DNA of 64,000 nucleotides, from contig JACROH010000001.1 of assembly GCA_016214545.1 (NCBI GenBank), positions 116,239 through 180,238 of the forward strand. Reading direction: 5' to 3'. Position 1 is the stretch's first letter. Each line of letters starts with the position of its first letter. The stretch comes from Candidatus Lloydbacteria bacterium (GTDB taxonomy: Bacteria; Patescibacteriota; Minisyncoccia; Phycocordibacterales; 21-14-all-47-15). The translations under genes and the position numbers were made by a program. The notes below the pieces were generated by a model that had not been told where the DNA came from, made no database searches, and saw only the letters and a list, made by a program, of their open reading frames with translations. Positions 17,121-27,377 of the stretch are shown piece by piece.

Positions 17121-18113
17121 ATGTTTCCGGAACAAGAGCCATTGGCCGCACCGAAGAAAAAATTTTTTTTTGAAACGCAGAGCGCATGGGCGGGTCTTTT
17201 TTTTGTTGCCGCTCTGCTTCTTTTTTATGCGGTTTCGTTTGCTCCGCCTAAAACATTTCCTTCTCAGATATTTATTTCCATCCACCGCGGAGATACGATA
17301 AACGAGGTGGCTACCCAATTCAAACAAATCAATCTGGTGCGCTCTTCGTTTTATTTCAAATTATTGGCGCATTGGTTTGGCGGCTCCACCGGCGTTATCG
17401 CGGGAAAATATTATTTCAATGAGCCGCTGTCGGTCTTTGGTGTGGTGTATCGGGTTCTCACCGGAGCCTACGATATAAAACCGCAAAAAATACTTATACC
17501 GGAAGGTACGACTGTAAAAGATATCGCCGATACGATAGCTGGTGTTTTTCCCGATTTTGACCGCGAATCTTTTTTACGGCTTGCAAAAGATAAAGAAGGG
17601 TATTTGTTTCCGGATACGTATCATTGGTTGCCCGATGTTTTGCCGGCACAAGTCATCGCGGACATGCAAGAAAATTTTCACAAACGGATAACGCCGCTTG
17701 CGCCAGCTATTTCTGTATTTGGAAAAACGGAAAAAGACGTGATTATCATGGCGTCGCTCATTGAAGAGGAGGCGCGGCAGACGGAGACGCGGAAAATCGT
17801 ATCTGGTATTTTATGGAAACGCCTCGCGCTCGGCATGCCGCTTCAGGTGGACGCGGTGTTCCCGTACATCAATGGGAAGAATACATTTCAATTGACCGTG
17901 GAAGATTTGAAAGTAGACCATCCGTATAATACCTATACCCGCAAAGGGCTTCCGCCCGGCCCCATCTCAAACCCGGGGCTTGATGCCATCATTGCGGCAA
18001 TTACGCCCATCGCTTCTCCGTATCTCTATTATCTTTCCGACAAAGACGGGAATATGCACTACGCGCGCACCTTTGCAGAGCACGTAGCGAACAAAGAAAG
18101 ATATTTGAGATAA
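17121..18113 (+). CDS. mltG: endolytic transglycosylase MltG
   Basis: IPEG, EGYLFPDTY, MASLIEEE, MPLQVD, PYNTY..GLPPGPISNPG; ATG at 17121. Confidence 0.93.
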   Translation: MFPEQEPLAAPKKKFFFETQSAWAGLFFVAALLLFYAVSFAPPKTFPSQIFISIHRGDTINEVATQFKQINLVRSSFYFKLLAHWFGGSTGVIAGKYYFNEPLSVFGVVYRVLTGAYDIKPQKILIPEGTTVKDIADTIAGVFPDFDRESFLRLAKDKEGYLFPDTYHWLPDVLPAQVIADMQENFHKRITPLAPAISVFGKTEKDVIIMASLIEEEARQTETRKIVSGILWKRLALGMPLQVDAVFPYINGKNTFQLTVEDLKVDHPYNTYTRKGLPPGPISNPGLDAIIAAITPIASPYLYYLSDKDGNMHYARTFAEHVANKERYLR

Positions 18114-18128
18114 ACAGAAGGGAACATC

Positions 18129-19490
18129 ATGAAAAAAGTCCATTGTATTGGCATCGGGGGAATTGGCGTGTCGGCGTTGGCACGATTTTTTCTGTCGCGC
18201 GGAATGCGGGTGAGCGGTTCGGACGGTAAAGACGGCTCGTGGAGGAAGTCTATTGAAGACGCGGGAGTGAAAGTTTTTATTGGACACGATGCGAAAAATA
18301 TTCCTCTCGATTGTGATTTGATTATTTATTCGTCAGCGGTGCCAGAAGACAATGCCGAAAGAAAAGAGGCGTTCCGTCGCAATATTCCGCAAAAGACTTA
18401 TGCGGAAGGGCTCGGCGAAGCGATGAAAGAATACGAAACGCGGATTGCCGTATCGGGGACGCACGGCAAAACGACGGCCACCGCGCTTTTGGGGCTTCTC
18501 TTTGAAGGGGCAAAGAAAGATCCGATGGTGATTGTCGGCGGGAAAGTCCCTTCGTGGAAGAGCAACTTCAGGAACGGGTGGGGAAGTGTTGCCATTGCCG
18601 AAGCGTGCGAATACGAAAGGGCGTTTGACGCGCTTTCTCCTACGGTTGCGATTGTGAACAATATTGAAGCCGACCATCTTGATTACTACCGCGATATTTT
18701 GGATGTTGAAAATGCCTTTGGAGATTTTGTGGAGAGACTGCCAAAAAACGGACTGCTTATCTACAACGCGGATGACGAGCGGGTACGGAGAATCGCTCTT
18801 CTGGCCAGATGCCGTGGCGCTTCTTTTGGCGTAAAAAATGATGCTGATGTTGTCGCGAAAAACAGGACGATGGGGGATGGAGGGCAGAGTTTTGATGTAT
18901 GGAGAAGGGGGGCGTTGCTTGGGCGCGTGATGCTCCATGTCCCCGGGGTTTTCAATATTTCAAACGCGCTCGCGGCACTTTCGTGCGCTCTTGAGCACGG
19001 CGTGCCGTTTTCGGAAGCAAAAAAGACGCTTGAATCTTTTGTAGGCAGCTGGCGGCGATTTGAAAAAACGGGAGAGATTGACGGCAAGCCGATGATTTCC
19101 GATTACGCGCATCATCCGACGGCGGTACGCGGAACCATAGAGGCGGCGAAAGAATTTTTCCCAGGCAAAAAAATACTCGCGGTATTTCAGCCGCACCAGC
19201 GTGATCGGACGCTCAAACTCTTTGATGAATTTGCTCGTGCCTTTGACGATGCGGATGGCGTCATTCTTTCCGAAATTTATGATGTCGCGGGCCGAAACGA
19301 AGCCGAAAAAGACATAAGCTCTTGCGAGCTTATGTCTGCCATTCAAAAAAGAAATCTAAAACAGGATGTTGCATACGCTCGTGATGTAGCGGAAACAAAA
19401 AAAATGATTCAGAAAAAAATAAATGATTTTGACGTCCTGCTCATTATGGGGGCGGGGGATATTGATACTATTGCAAGGAATATTTTTTGA
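18129..19490 (+). CDS. murC: UDP-N-acetylmuramate--L-alanine ligase
   Basis: GIGGIGVS, GTHGKTT, EACEY, DHLD, DYAHHP, FQPH, MGAGDI. Confidence 0.95.
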   Translation: MKKVHCIGIGGIGVSALARFFLSRGMRVSGSDGKDGSWRKSIEDAGVKVFIGHDAKNIPLDCDLIIYSSAVPEDNAERKEAFRRNIPQKTYAEGLGEAMKEYETRIAVSGTHGKTTATALLGLLFEGAKKDPMVIVGGKVPSWKSNFRNGWGSVAIAEACEYERAFDALSPTVAIVNNIEADHLDYYRDILDVENAFGDFVERLPKNGLLIYNADDERVRRIALLARCRGASFGVKNDADVVAKNRTMGDGGQSFDVWRRGALLGRVMLHVPGVFNISNALAALSCALEHGVPFSEAKKTLESFVGSWRRFEKTGEIDGKPMISDYAHHPTAVRGTIEAAKEFFPGKKILAVFQPHQRDRTLKLFDEFARAFDDADGVILSEIYDVAGRNEAEKDISSCELMSAIQKRNLKQDVAYARDVAETKKMIQKKINDFDVLLIMGAGDIDTIARNIF

Positions 19491-19521
19491 TTTGTAAAGA
19501 GTTTCATGTTAGTTTAGATAA

Positions 19522-20073
19522 ATGAAGAAGCACAACCTCGCTTTTATAGACCTTGAAACCACGGGCTTTTCGCCGGAGAAGCATGAGATTATTGAAATCG
19601 GATGCGTGTTGGCAAAACAAACACAGCGCGACGGAAAAGGCCCCGAGCTTGAAAAAATAACCGAATTTGATATCAAAGTGAAACCGACGCGGTTGAAAGA
19701 CGCAGACCCGGAAGCGCTTGATGTGAATGGCTACAACGACGCCGACTGGCTCTTTGCCACGGATCTGAAATCGGCGATGCAGGCGTTGTCCGACAAAACC
19801 GAAAACGCCAACATGGTGGCGCAGAATGTGTCGTTTGACGCCGGCTTTCTTGATAAGGCGTTTTTTCTGACTGGCGTGGAAAATAAAATGCGGCGTTTCA
19901 GAATAGATACGCTCTCGATGTTTTTTGCAAAATATTACGACGACCCGACGGTACAGCAGTACTCGCTCAAATATATGTGCGAACGTTTTGAAATCGAAAA
20001 TCCCAAAGCTCACACCGCGCTCTCCGACGCACGTGCGACCTTTGAAGTCTATAAAAAATTAATGGGGGCATAA
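19522..20073 (+). CDS. DEDDh 3'-5' exonuclease (DnaQ-like)
   Basis: DLETTG, N..FD..FL, IDTL, HTALSDA. Confidence 0.88.
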   Translation: MKKHNLAFIDLETTGFSPEKHEIIEIGCVLAKQTQRDGKGPELEKITEFDIKVKPTRLKDADPEALDVNGYNDADWLFATDLKSAMQALSDKTENANMVAQNVSFDAGFLDKAFFLTGVENKMRRFRIDTLSMFFAKYYDDPTVQQYSLKYMCERFEIENPKAHTALSDARATFEVYKKLMGA

Positions 20074-20143
20074 AAAAATCCCCTGCGTGCTGGAGAAGAG
20101 CAGGGGATTGAATTTATTTAACTGGTAACTGGCGGCTGGCGGT

Positions 20144-20338
20144 TCAAAAATATTTAATGAAATGCCCTCCGCTTGAGCCGTCCGAGTTCTTGATTTCCAA
20201 GAATCCGCATGGCATGTTTTGAGCGAGACAGAGCAGTCTTGCTCGTTTGGGGATATATCCAAATCTGTTCAGGTCCCAATAAAGCACGGCCTTTTTCGCT
20301 TCCTTGGGATTGAATAACCCAATCATCATAGTAGGCAT
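20144..20338 (-). CDS. small hypothetical protein (64 aa)
   Basis: ATG 20338 with GAAAGG SD, upstream TTGACA-16-TATAAT; hairpin at about 20074-20110 downstream. Confidence 0.5.
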   Translation of the reverse strand: MPTMMIGLFNPKEAKKAVLYWDLNRFGYIPKRARLLCLAQNMPCGFLEIKNSDGSSGGHFIKYF

Positions 20339-20414
20339 TGTCGTCTGGCCTTTCGTGAAAAATATTTTTAGATAATTAAAGAAATCTAAGTATATTATAC
20401 AGCATAAATATAAT

Positions 20415-21509
20415 ATGTCAAGTATCGCTGTTAAAAACAAAAAGAGGGTATTTGTCGGACTTTCCGGCGGGGTTGATTCGTCGGTCGCCGCGGCGCTCTT
20501 AAAAAAAGAAGGATACGATGTGACGGGTGTGTTTATCAAAACATGGCATCCGGATTTTTTGCCGTCCGCCTCGTCTCCGAGTCGAGACGGGTGCACGTGG
20601 AGAGAAGAGCGGCTTGACGCGATGCGTGCCGCCGCACATTTGGATATTCCGTTTCTCACGTTTGATTTTGAAAATGAATACAAAAAAAATGTCGCGGATT
20701 ATTTTATCAGCGAATACAAAATGGGGAGAACGCCCAATCCTGATGTCATGTGCAACAAAGAAATTAAATTTGGCGCATTTTTAAAAAAAGCGAGAGCAAT
20801 GGGAGCGGATTTTGTGGCCACCGGACACTATGCGCGGAAAGACGGCGCGGAGCTTCTTACCGGAGTTGATACCGGCAAAGACCAGGCATATTTTTTATGG
20901 ACACTCTCGCAAGAGCAATTGAGCCGTTGCTTGTTTCCCATCGGCAAATATAAAAAAAATGACGTGCGGAAGCTTGCAAAAAAATTCGGGCTGCCGACCG
21001 CGGAGAAAAAAGATAGCCAAGGTATCTGTTTTCTTGGCAAGACCGACATGAAAGAATTTTTAGCACACTACATGACGCCACGTGTTGGGTCTGTGGTGAG
21101 CGAACAAGGAAAGACCATCGGTACGCACCAAGGGGCGTTCTTTTATACCTTGGGAGAACGGCATGGATTTACCATTACCGCTCATAACGACCGGGCAAAA
21201 CCATACTATATTGTTAAGAAAGACTTGGAAAATAACACTATAATGGTTTCACACGTTATCCACAGCGGAGACAAGCATTTTTCACATAAAGAAATAAATT
21301 TGGAGAATGTCAATTGGATTTCCGGCATTGCCCCCGACGAAAGCAAACAATATACGGCGCACATTCGCTACCACGGAGAGTTCTTGCCGTGCCAAATAAA
21401 AGAGAGCGGCAAGAAAGTTATTTTTAAAAAGCCGTGTCTCGCGGCATCGGGTCAATCAGTTGTCGTATATGACGGCGATGTTTGTCTGGGCGGCGGTATT
21501 GTCGCGTAA
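20415..21509 (+). CDS. mnmA: tRNA-specific 2-thiouridylase
   Basis: SGGVDS, TPNPDVMCNKEIKF, ATGHYA, KDQ.YFL, KDSQGICF. Confidence 0.96.
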   Translation: MSSIAVKNKKRVFVGLSGGVDSSVAAALLKKEGYDVTGVFIKTWHPDFLPSASSPSRDGCTWREERLDAMRAAAHLDIPFLTFDFENEYKKNVADYFISEYKMGRTPNPDVMCNKEIKFGAFLKKARAMGADFVATGHYARKDGAELLTGVDTGKDQAYFLWTLSQEQLSRCLFPIGKYKKNDVRKLAKKFGLPTAEKKDSQGICFLGKTDMKEFLAHYMTPRVGSVVSEQGKTIGTHQGAFFYTLGERHGFTITAHNDRAKPYYIVKKDLENNTIMVSHVIHSGDKHFSHKEINLENVNWISGIAPDESKQYTAHIRYHGEFLPCQIKESGKKVIFKKPCLAASGQSVVVYDGDVCLGGGIVA

Positions 21510-21565
21510 GATTAAAAGACGGAGTCCGCTTTGAATTCTTTCTTTTCTGGGATACTATTTTGAAT

Positions 21566-23338
21566 ATGCAGTCAGGAGAAATCCGCAATAGATTTTTAAC
21601 TTTTTTCAAAAAACGGGAACATGCGATTATCCCAAGTGCTTCGCTCGTGCCTGAAAATGACCCTTCCGTGCTTTTTACGACGGCCGGCATGCAGCCCTTG
21701 GTGCCGTATCTTTTAGGAGAACCGCATCCGGCGGGAAAGCGATTGGCGAATGTGCAGAAGTGTGTCCGCACGCAAGACATCGATGAGGTGGGAGACGCGA
21801 CGCACGATACTTTTTTTGAAATGCTCGGCAACTGGTCGCTCGGTGATTACTTCAAAGAAGAAACGATTAAATGGAGTTATGAATTTTTGACCTCAAAAGA
21901 GGAGGGGCTCGGGCTTGATCCGTCGCGGCTCTACATTACCGTCTTTGGCGGGAACGATTCGGTAAAAGAAGCTGATGAAGAATCAAAAAAAAACTGGATG
22001 TCGCAAGGGATTTCTGAGCGCCGTATATACACCATGGAAGGGGAGACAAACTGGTGGAGCCCGGGAGATAATGGCCCCTCTGGCCCCGATACGGAAATGT
22101 TTTATGATGTGACCGAAAAGGGTCTTGGAGATTTGACCAAAGAAGAATTTATGCGCGCCGATGAAGAGCAAAAGGTGGTTGAGATCTGGAACGACGTATT
22201 CATGGAGTATGAGAAGAAAGGCGGAAAAGTAACGGGCAAATTGAAGAATAAAAACGTAGATACGGGGGCGGGGCTTGAACGGCTTGCGATGGTGATGCAG
22301 GGGAAAGACAACATTTTTGAGACGGATTTGTTCAAACCGCTCATGAACGCGATTGAAATGCGCGCGATGTCTAACGGCGCGCGCGCGAAACGGATTCTTG
22401 CCGACCATGTTCGCACGGCGGTCTTTATGATCGGCGACGGCGTGCTTCCGTCAAACACCGACCGCGGGTATATTTTACGGCGGCTCATTCGCCGCGCGGT
22501 GCGGTATGTTGATGTGCTCGGCATGAAAGAAGGAGCCCTCGCGGCGCTTTCCGATGTGGTGGTTGAAACGTATGCCGGTGTTTATAAAAATCTTTCTTCG
22601 GAGAAAGTGCACATTGGGCAGACGATTGCCGACGAATCTGCGAAATTCCGACAGACGCTTGAACGGGGGATGCGCGAGTTCGAAAAAATAAGCGCAAGCG
22701 GTATTTCCGGGAAAGAAGCCTTTGCGCTTTTTTCAACGTATGGATTTCCTTTTGAATTAACGCTTGAACTCGCCGCCGAACAAAATATTACGGTTAATAA
22801 AAAAGAATTTGAAGAAGAATTGCAGAAACACCAAGCGCTTTCACGTGCGGGTGCGGAGAAAAAATTCAAAGGAGGGTTGTCCGGGCACGGAGAAATGGAA
22901 ACCAAATATCACACAGCGACGCACCTTTTACATCAGGCGCTGCGGTTGGTGTTGGGAGAGCATGTTATTCAAAAAGGAAGCAACATTACGCCGGAGCGGC
23001 TCCGCTTTGATTTCTCACATCCTGAAAAATTGACGGACGAAGAAAAGAAAAAAGTGGAGGATATTGTAAACGAAGAGATAGCCCGCGCTTTGCCGGTCTC
23101 ATACGAAGAATTGCCGATAGAAGAAGCGCGCGCCCGCGGCGCTATCGGCGCATTTGGCGACAAATACGGCGAGATGGTGAAAGTCTATACAATAGGAAAT
23201 GAAAAAACGGGTGTCTTCAGCGCTGAGTTTTGCGGTGGCCCGCATGTTAAAAATACATCCGAGCTCGGGCATTTCAAAATAACCAAAGAAGAAGCGGTCG
23301 CGCAAGGGATACGGCGCATCAAGGCGGTGCTTGGGTAA
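21566..23338 (+). CDS. alaS: alanine--tRNA ligase (short form, no C-Ala domain)
   Basis: LFTTAGMQP, HDTFFEMLGNWS, DTGAGLER, HTATHLL, FCGGPHV; ATG at 21566. Confidence 0.96.
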   Translation: MQSGEIRNRFLTFFKKREHAIIPSASLVPENDPSVLFTTAGMQPLVPYLLGEPHPAGKRLANVQKCVRTQDIDEVGDATHDTFFEMLGNWSLGDYFKEETIKWSYEFLTSKEEGLGLDPSRLYITVFGGNDSVKEADEESKKNWMSQGISERRIYTMEGETNWWSPGDNGPSGPDTEMFYDVTEKGLGDLTKEEFMRADEEQKVVEIWNDVFMEYEKKGGKVTGKLKNKNVDTGAGLERLAMVMQGKDNIFETDLFKPLMNAIEMRAMSNGARAKRILADHVRTAVFMIGDGVLPSNTDRGYILRRLIRRAVRYVDVLGMKEGALAALSDVVVETYAGVYKNLSSEKVHIGQTIADESAKFRQTLERGMREFEKISASGISGKEAFALFSTYGFPFELTLELAAEQNITVNKKEFEEELQKHQALSRAGAEKKFKGGLSGHGEMETKYHTATHLLHQALRLVLGEHVIQKGSNITPERLRFDFSHPEKLTDEEKKKVEDIVNEEIARALPVSYEELPIEEARARGAIGAFGDKYGEMVKVYTIGNEKTGVFSAEFCGGPHVKNTSELGHFKITKEEAVAQGIRRIKAVLG

Positions 23339-23414
23339 ATCGGCTGTCCGCGATAACGACAGGCAATCCACATGCCTGTGATTTTTCTTTTGGCATGCGT
23401 GATATAATACTCAC

Positions 23415-24632
23415 ATGAGTCCGCTCTCTTTTTCTGCACATAAACCATACACGTCGGTGGCGCTGCTTGATATCGGGAGCACCAGTGTCGGTGCGGCGCT
23501 GGTGCGCCTTTCAGAACAAACCGACGGCGCCTTTCCGCCGACCGTTGTTTGGAGTCGAAGAAAAGAAATCCCGTTTCAGCAGGCGGTTGATTCCGACCAC
23601 TTTTTTCAGCGCATATCGGGGGCTTTAAAGGCGGTCCTGGAGGCGATGTCGACCGAAGCAAAAGAATCTCCGCAGGCTTTTTTTTGTACTTTTTCATCGC
23701 CGTGGTATGCGGCGCAAACGCGTATTGCCAAGAGTACTTTTCCGCAATCCTCCATCATTACTCCTCAGATCGTCAATTCGCTGGTCGATGCCGAGGCCGC
23801 GGCTTTTGAGGCGGCATACGCATCGCATATGCCGGCCGAGTCGTCCGGGCGCGCCGCGTTGCTGGAGCAAAAAATCATGCGTGTGCGTCTGAACGGATAT
23901 GCGGTAGAAAAACCGTATGGAAAATCTGCGCAAGAGGTTGATGTCGCGTTGTATATCAGCATGAGCCCGCAATTTTTTTTGGATGAAGTAAATCGGCTTG
24001 TTGGGGAAGTGTTTCATCGCGGCATTGACCAATATCATTCGCTCGCGTTTGTGTCGTTTTCAGCGCTGCGCGACATCTTTCCGGAGCGTGAACATTTTCT
24101 TATGTGCGACATCGGCGGGGAGATTACCGACCTCTCGCTCGTTAAAAATAATCTCTTGGTGGAGACGGTCTCTTTTCCAAAAGGACGAATGACGCTTATG
24201 CGCGATGCCGTCTCACGGCTTAAACGGCAGCCCGAAGAAGTGCTCTCGATGCTCACGCTTCATTTTGAGGGATTGCGCGGGGAGGACGCGCTCTCTCCAA
24301 GGCTCAATGAGATTATTGAGCAAGGCAGAAAAGAGTGGCTCGAGGCGTTTTATGCAGCGATGACGGAATTAAGAAATCGCAACTTTCTTGCGGGCGATAT
24401 TGAGATAACGGCGCACCCGCTTATGCGCCAATGGATAGGTTCGGCGCTATCTTCCGCAACTCCTCCTCTTGGCGCCGTAGGCAATGTAAAACTCAATCCG
24501 CATTTTATAGATGCTCCTTTTTTACGCACGTTTGTTTCATTTCAGGATGCTGCTCGGCAATTTGACGCGTTTCTCGGGCTTGAAGCGGTGTTTGCGGAGA
24601 AAATATTGAATCTTGCAGGGAAAGCGGTATAA
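23415..24632 (+). CDS. FtsA/actin-like fold protein (divergent)
   Basis: LLDIGSTSV and CDIGGEITD phosphate-loop motifs; RLNGY. Confidence 0.6.
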   Translation: MSPLSFSAHKPYTSVALLDIGSTSVGAALVRLSEQTDGAFPPTVVWSRRKEIPFQQAVDSDHFFQRISGALKAVLEAMSTEAKESPQAFFCTFSSPWYAAQTRIAKSTFPQSSIITPQIVNSLVDAEAAAFEAAYASHMPAESSGRAALLEQKIMRVRLNGYAVEKPYGKSAQEVDVALYISMSPQFFLDEVNRLVGEVFHRGIDQYHSLAFVSFSALRDIFPEREHFLMCDIGGEITDLSLVKNNLLVETVSFPKGRMTLMRDAVSRLKRQPEEVLSMLTLHFEGLRGEDALSPRLNEIIEQGRKEWLEAFYAAMTELRNRNFLAGDIEITAHPLMRQWIGSALSSATPPLGAVGNVKLNPHFIDAPFLRTFVSFQDAARQFDAFLGLEAVFAEKILNLAGKAV

Positions 24633-24675
24633 TAAATAAAAAGGTTACTCATCTAATTTTTATTATTACAATTAT

Positions 24676-25944
24676 ATGGCAAAAAACATTCTTCAAGACG
24701 TAATCGCATCTCGAAAAAAAGGAGTTACCGTGATGGATACCGTCGCACGAGCGGCTGTAGAAGAACACTATGGCGAACAGGGTTTTCGAAAATATGCTAT
24801 ATGGATTGTTGTTGCCGTAGCCGTGCTCTTTCTCATCATTTTTTCTTCTTTTATTGTTTTATCCGGGGCTACCATAACACTGACTCCACGAAGCCAGGAT
24901 GTTTCAGTTGATGCCACATTTTCTGCGCATAAGCGTGCGCTCGATAGCCAAGTGGAATTACCCTTTGACATAATGACGATTGAGGAAACGGCTGAAAAAG
25001 CGGTGCCGGCAACCGGCTCTGAAACCATTCATCAAAAAGCTTCGGGTGAAATAATTGTTTACAATAATTACAGCGCCCAAACTCAGAAATTTGTAAAAAA
25101 TACGCGCTTTGAAACGCCTGACGGCAAAATATACCGCGTCCAAAAATCAATAGCGGTCCCCGGGAAAACGGGTTCAGGAACCAGTGCCGTGCCGGGCTCT
25201 GTTGTGGCAACGGTCTATGCCGATGAGGAAGGAGACGCTTTCAACATCGGGCTTTCCGATTTCACTCTGCCGGGCCTAAAGGGGACCCCGATGTTTAGCG
25301 GCATCTATGCGCGTTCTAAAACGCCGATGACCGGAGGATTCTCGGGGGTACGGAAAATTATTTCCGATACGGACCGTCAGGCGGCTGAAACTGAATTAAG
25401 AAAAATAACTCAAGACAAGCTCACCCAGCGTGTTCATCAGGAGAAGCCGGAGGGGTTTGTTCTTTACGATGACGGGGTATCAATTGAATTTATAAGCGAC
25501 AATAAAGAGGGTGACACAAACGCCGCCTCAAATACCGTAACCATGCGAATGCGTGCCGTGCTGCGCGGTATTATGTTCAACGAGCGTGATTTGAGTCAGT
25601 ATATTGCCAAAAAGACAGTCGACAACTTTGACGGCGGAGCGGTGACTGTCCCAAATATGGCATCCTTGCGTTTTGTTTTACTCAACAAAGAAAAGCTATC
25701 GTTATCTGACGCGCAGTCGATATCATTCGGGCTTTCAGGTCCGGCCCGGATTGTCTGGTCAATAGACGGAGATTCATTAAAAGAAAAGCTTGCCGGAACC
25801 CCGAAAAGCGATTTCCAAAAAATTATGGGAAGCTTTTTGAATATTGAGCGGGCTGGAGTATCGATTAAGCCGTTTTGGAAAACAAATTTTCCTGAAAATA
25901 GCCAAAAAATAAAGGTGGAAATAGTAACACCGGCTTCTCAATAA
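24676..25944 (+). CDS. membrane-anchored baseplate-J-like domain protein (CPR-type)
   Basis: Single TM; ATG..KASGEIIVYN..TRF..G, A..GDAFNI, MTGGF. Confidence 0.55.
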   Translation: MAKNILQDVIASRKKGVTVMDTVARAAVEEHYGEQGFRKYAIWIVVAVAVLFLIIFSSFIVLSGATITLTPRSQDVSVDATFSAHKRALDSQVELPFDIMTIEETAEKAVPATGSETIHQKASGEIIVYNNYSAQTQKFVKNTRFETPDGKIYRVQKSIAVPGKTGSGTSAVPGSVVATVYADEEGDAFNIGLSDFTLPGLKGTPMFSGIYARSKTPMTGGFSGVRKIISDTDRQAAETELRKITQDKLTQRVHQEKPEGFVLYDDGVSIEFISDNKEGDTNAASNTVTMRMRAVLRGIMFNERDLSQYIAKKTVDNFDGGAVTVPNMASLRFVLLNKEKLSLSDAQSISFGLSGPARIVWSIDGDSLKEKLAGTPKSDFQKIMGSFLNIERAGVSIKPFWKTNFPENSQKIKVEIVTPASQ

Positions 25945-26131
25945 TCTCAAAAAAATGTCGACCATGGTTCTCTCGGCCGGCTTGAAAACATGAAGAATCG
26001 AAGCTTTTGCGGGCGGGTAGAGAAAGGTGTTGACGCCAAAGGCTTCTTTTGCTATAGTCTTTGAAGCGGTATTTTCCGCGGTCTTTTTATTTTGTGACCC
26101 CATTAATTTAGGTCCGCTTTTTTTTACAAAC

Positions 26132-26344
26132 TTGAGTATACAAAAAAACAACGAAGAAAGAGGGACGGTCATTGAGGCGTTGCCGGACACCTTATTTAAA
26201 GTGGCGCTTTCGAACAAGCAAGAAGTTCTTGCGTATTTATCCGGTAAAATGCGCATGAATCGGATCAAAGTAATGGTTGGTGATACGGTAACGGTTCTGC
26301 TTGACCCATACGGCGGAAAAGGCAGGATTACCAGACGAGAATAA
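26132..26344 (+). CDS. infA: translation initiation factor IF-1
   Basis: GTVIEALP..F.V.L..LAYLSGKMRMNRIKV..GD.V; the TTG start at 26132 is inferred. Confidence 0.92.
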   Translation: MSIQKNNEERGTVIEALPDTLFKVALSNKQEVLAYLSGKMRMNRIKVMVGDTVTVLLDPYGGKGRITRRE

Positions 26345-26401
26345 TCAATGGCGAACATATTGCTCCGGCACGGGGCTTGCCAAACAAAACATTTACATAC
26401 T

Positions 26402-26515
26402 ATGAAAGTAAGAACATCGGTAAAAAAAATATGTGCGCAATGCAAAATTATACGGCGCCGAGGAAGCGTGCGGGTTATTTGCATGAATCCGAAGCATAAG
26501 CAAAAACAAGGATAA
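26402..26515 (+). CDS. rpmJ: 50S ribosomal protein L36
   Basis: Manual translation [37 protein letters not shown] (not in the ORF track). Confidence 0.96.
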   Translation: MKVRTSVKKICAQCKIIRRRGSVRVICMNPKHKQKQG

Positions 26516-26521
26516 AAACAT

Positions 26522-26902
26522 ATGAGAATTTTAGGTATCACTATTCCTGAAAATAAGAGGTTGGAAATAGGGCTGACTGCTTTGTACGGCATAGGCCGTT
26601 CTCGCGCGCAGAAAATTTTGGATTCCGTTCATGTTGACTATGGAACCAGGCCGAAAGATATTTCCACTGATATTGAAAATCAAATCCGGAAAGAAATAGA
26701 ATCGCTCAAACTCGAAGGAGACCTTAAACGCGAAGTGGCGGGGAATATTAAACGCTTGAAAGATATTAAAAGCTATCGCGGCACACGGCACGCAAAACGG
26801 CTCCCGTCTCGCGGGCAGCGAACGAAGACAAATTCGCGCACGGTGCGGGGGAATGTTAGAAAAACCATGGGGTCAGGACGCAAAAAGGCTGAAAAGACAT
26901 AA
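26522..26902 (+). CDS. rpsM: 30S ribosomal protein S13
   Basis: LTALYGIG, EGDLKRE, YRG.RH...LP.RGQRTKTN. Confidence 0.97.
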   Translation: MRILGITIPENKRLEIGLTALYGIGRSRAQKILDSVHVDYGTRPKDISTDIENQIRKEIESLKLEGDLKREVAGNIKRLKDIKSYRGTRHAKRLPSRGQRTKTNSRTVRGNVRKTMGSGRKKAEKT

Positions 26903-26914
26903 TTTATAATACAT

Positions 26915-27349
26915 ATGGGAAAAAAACGTATTGTTAAAAAAGCAGGCGAAGGACTAAACAGCGAACTTAAAAATCGCGCGCTTTCGCGTGCGTCGAAAAG
27001 GAAAGTTGTTAATGGTGTTTTGCACGTACAGGCAACTTATAACAATACGAAATTACTGCTTGCCGATGAAAAAGGGAATACGCTCGCGTGGTCTACCAGC
27101 GGCGCTTTGGGGTTTAAAGGGGCAAAAAAGGGGACACCCTTTGCTGCGGCAAAAATCGGGGAACTGATCGGCGAAAAGGCGGCTTTGATGGGGATGAAAG
27201 AGGTGCAGGTTGTTATCAAGGGAGTCGGCTCGGGGAGAGAGTCGGCGGTGCGGGCATTCGCAACAAAAGGTATTGGAATTGCCTCATTAAAAGACACTAC
27301 GCCGGTTCCCTTCAACGGTCCGAAACCGCGTAAGCCGCGTCGCGTATAA
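26915..27349 (+). CDS. rpsK: 30S ribosomal protein S11
   Basis: ATYNNT, GFKGAKKGTPFAA, G.GSGRESA, DTTPVPFNG. Confidence 0.97.
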   Translation: MGKKRIVKKAGEGLNSELKNRALSRASKRKVVNGVLHVQATYNNTKLLLADEKGNTLAWSTSGALGFKGAKKGTPFAAAKIGELIGEKAALMGMKEVQVVIKGVGSGRESAVRAFATKGIGIASLKDTTPVPFNGPKPRKPRRV

Positions 27350-27377
27350 CGTGTATAAGATTGTCTAAATATTATTT

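Noticed and set aside
24676-25944. Prophage inferred from the baseplate-J-like protein
   Set aside because: No terminase, capsid, tail or integrase genes; flanked by housekeeping genes.
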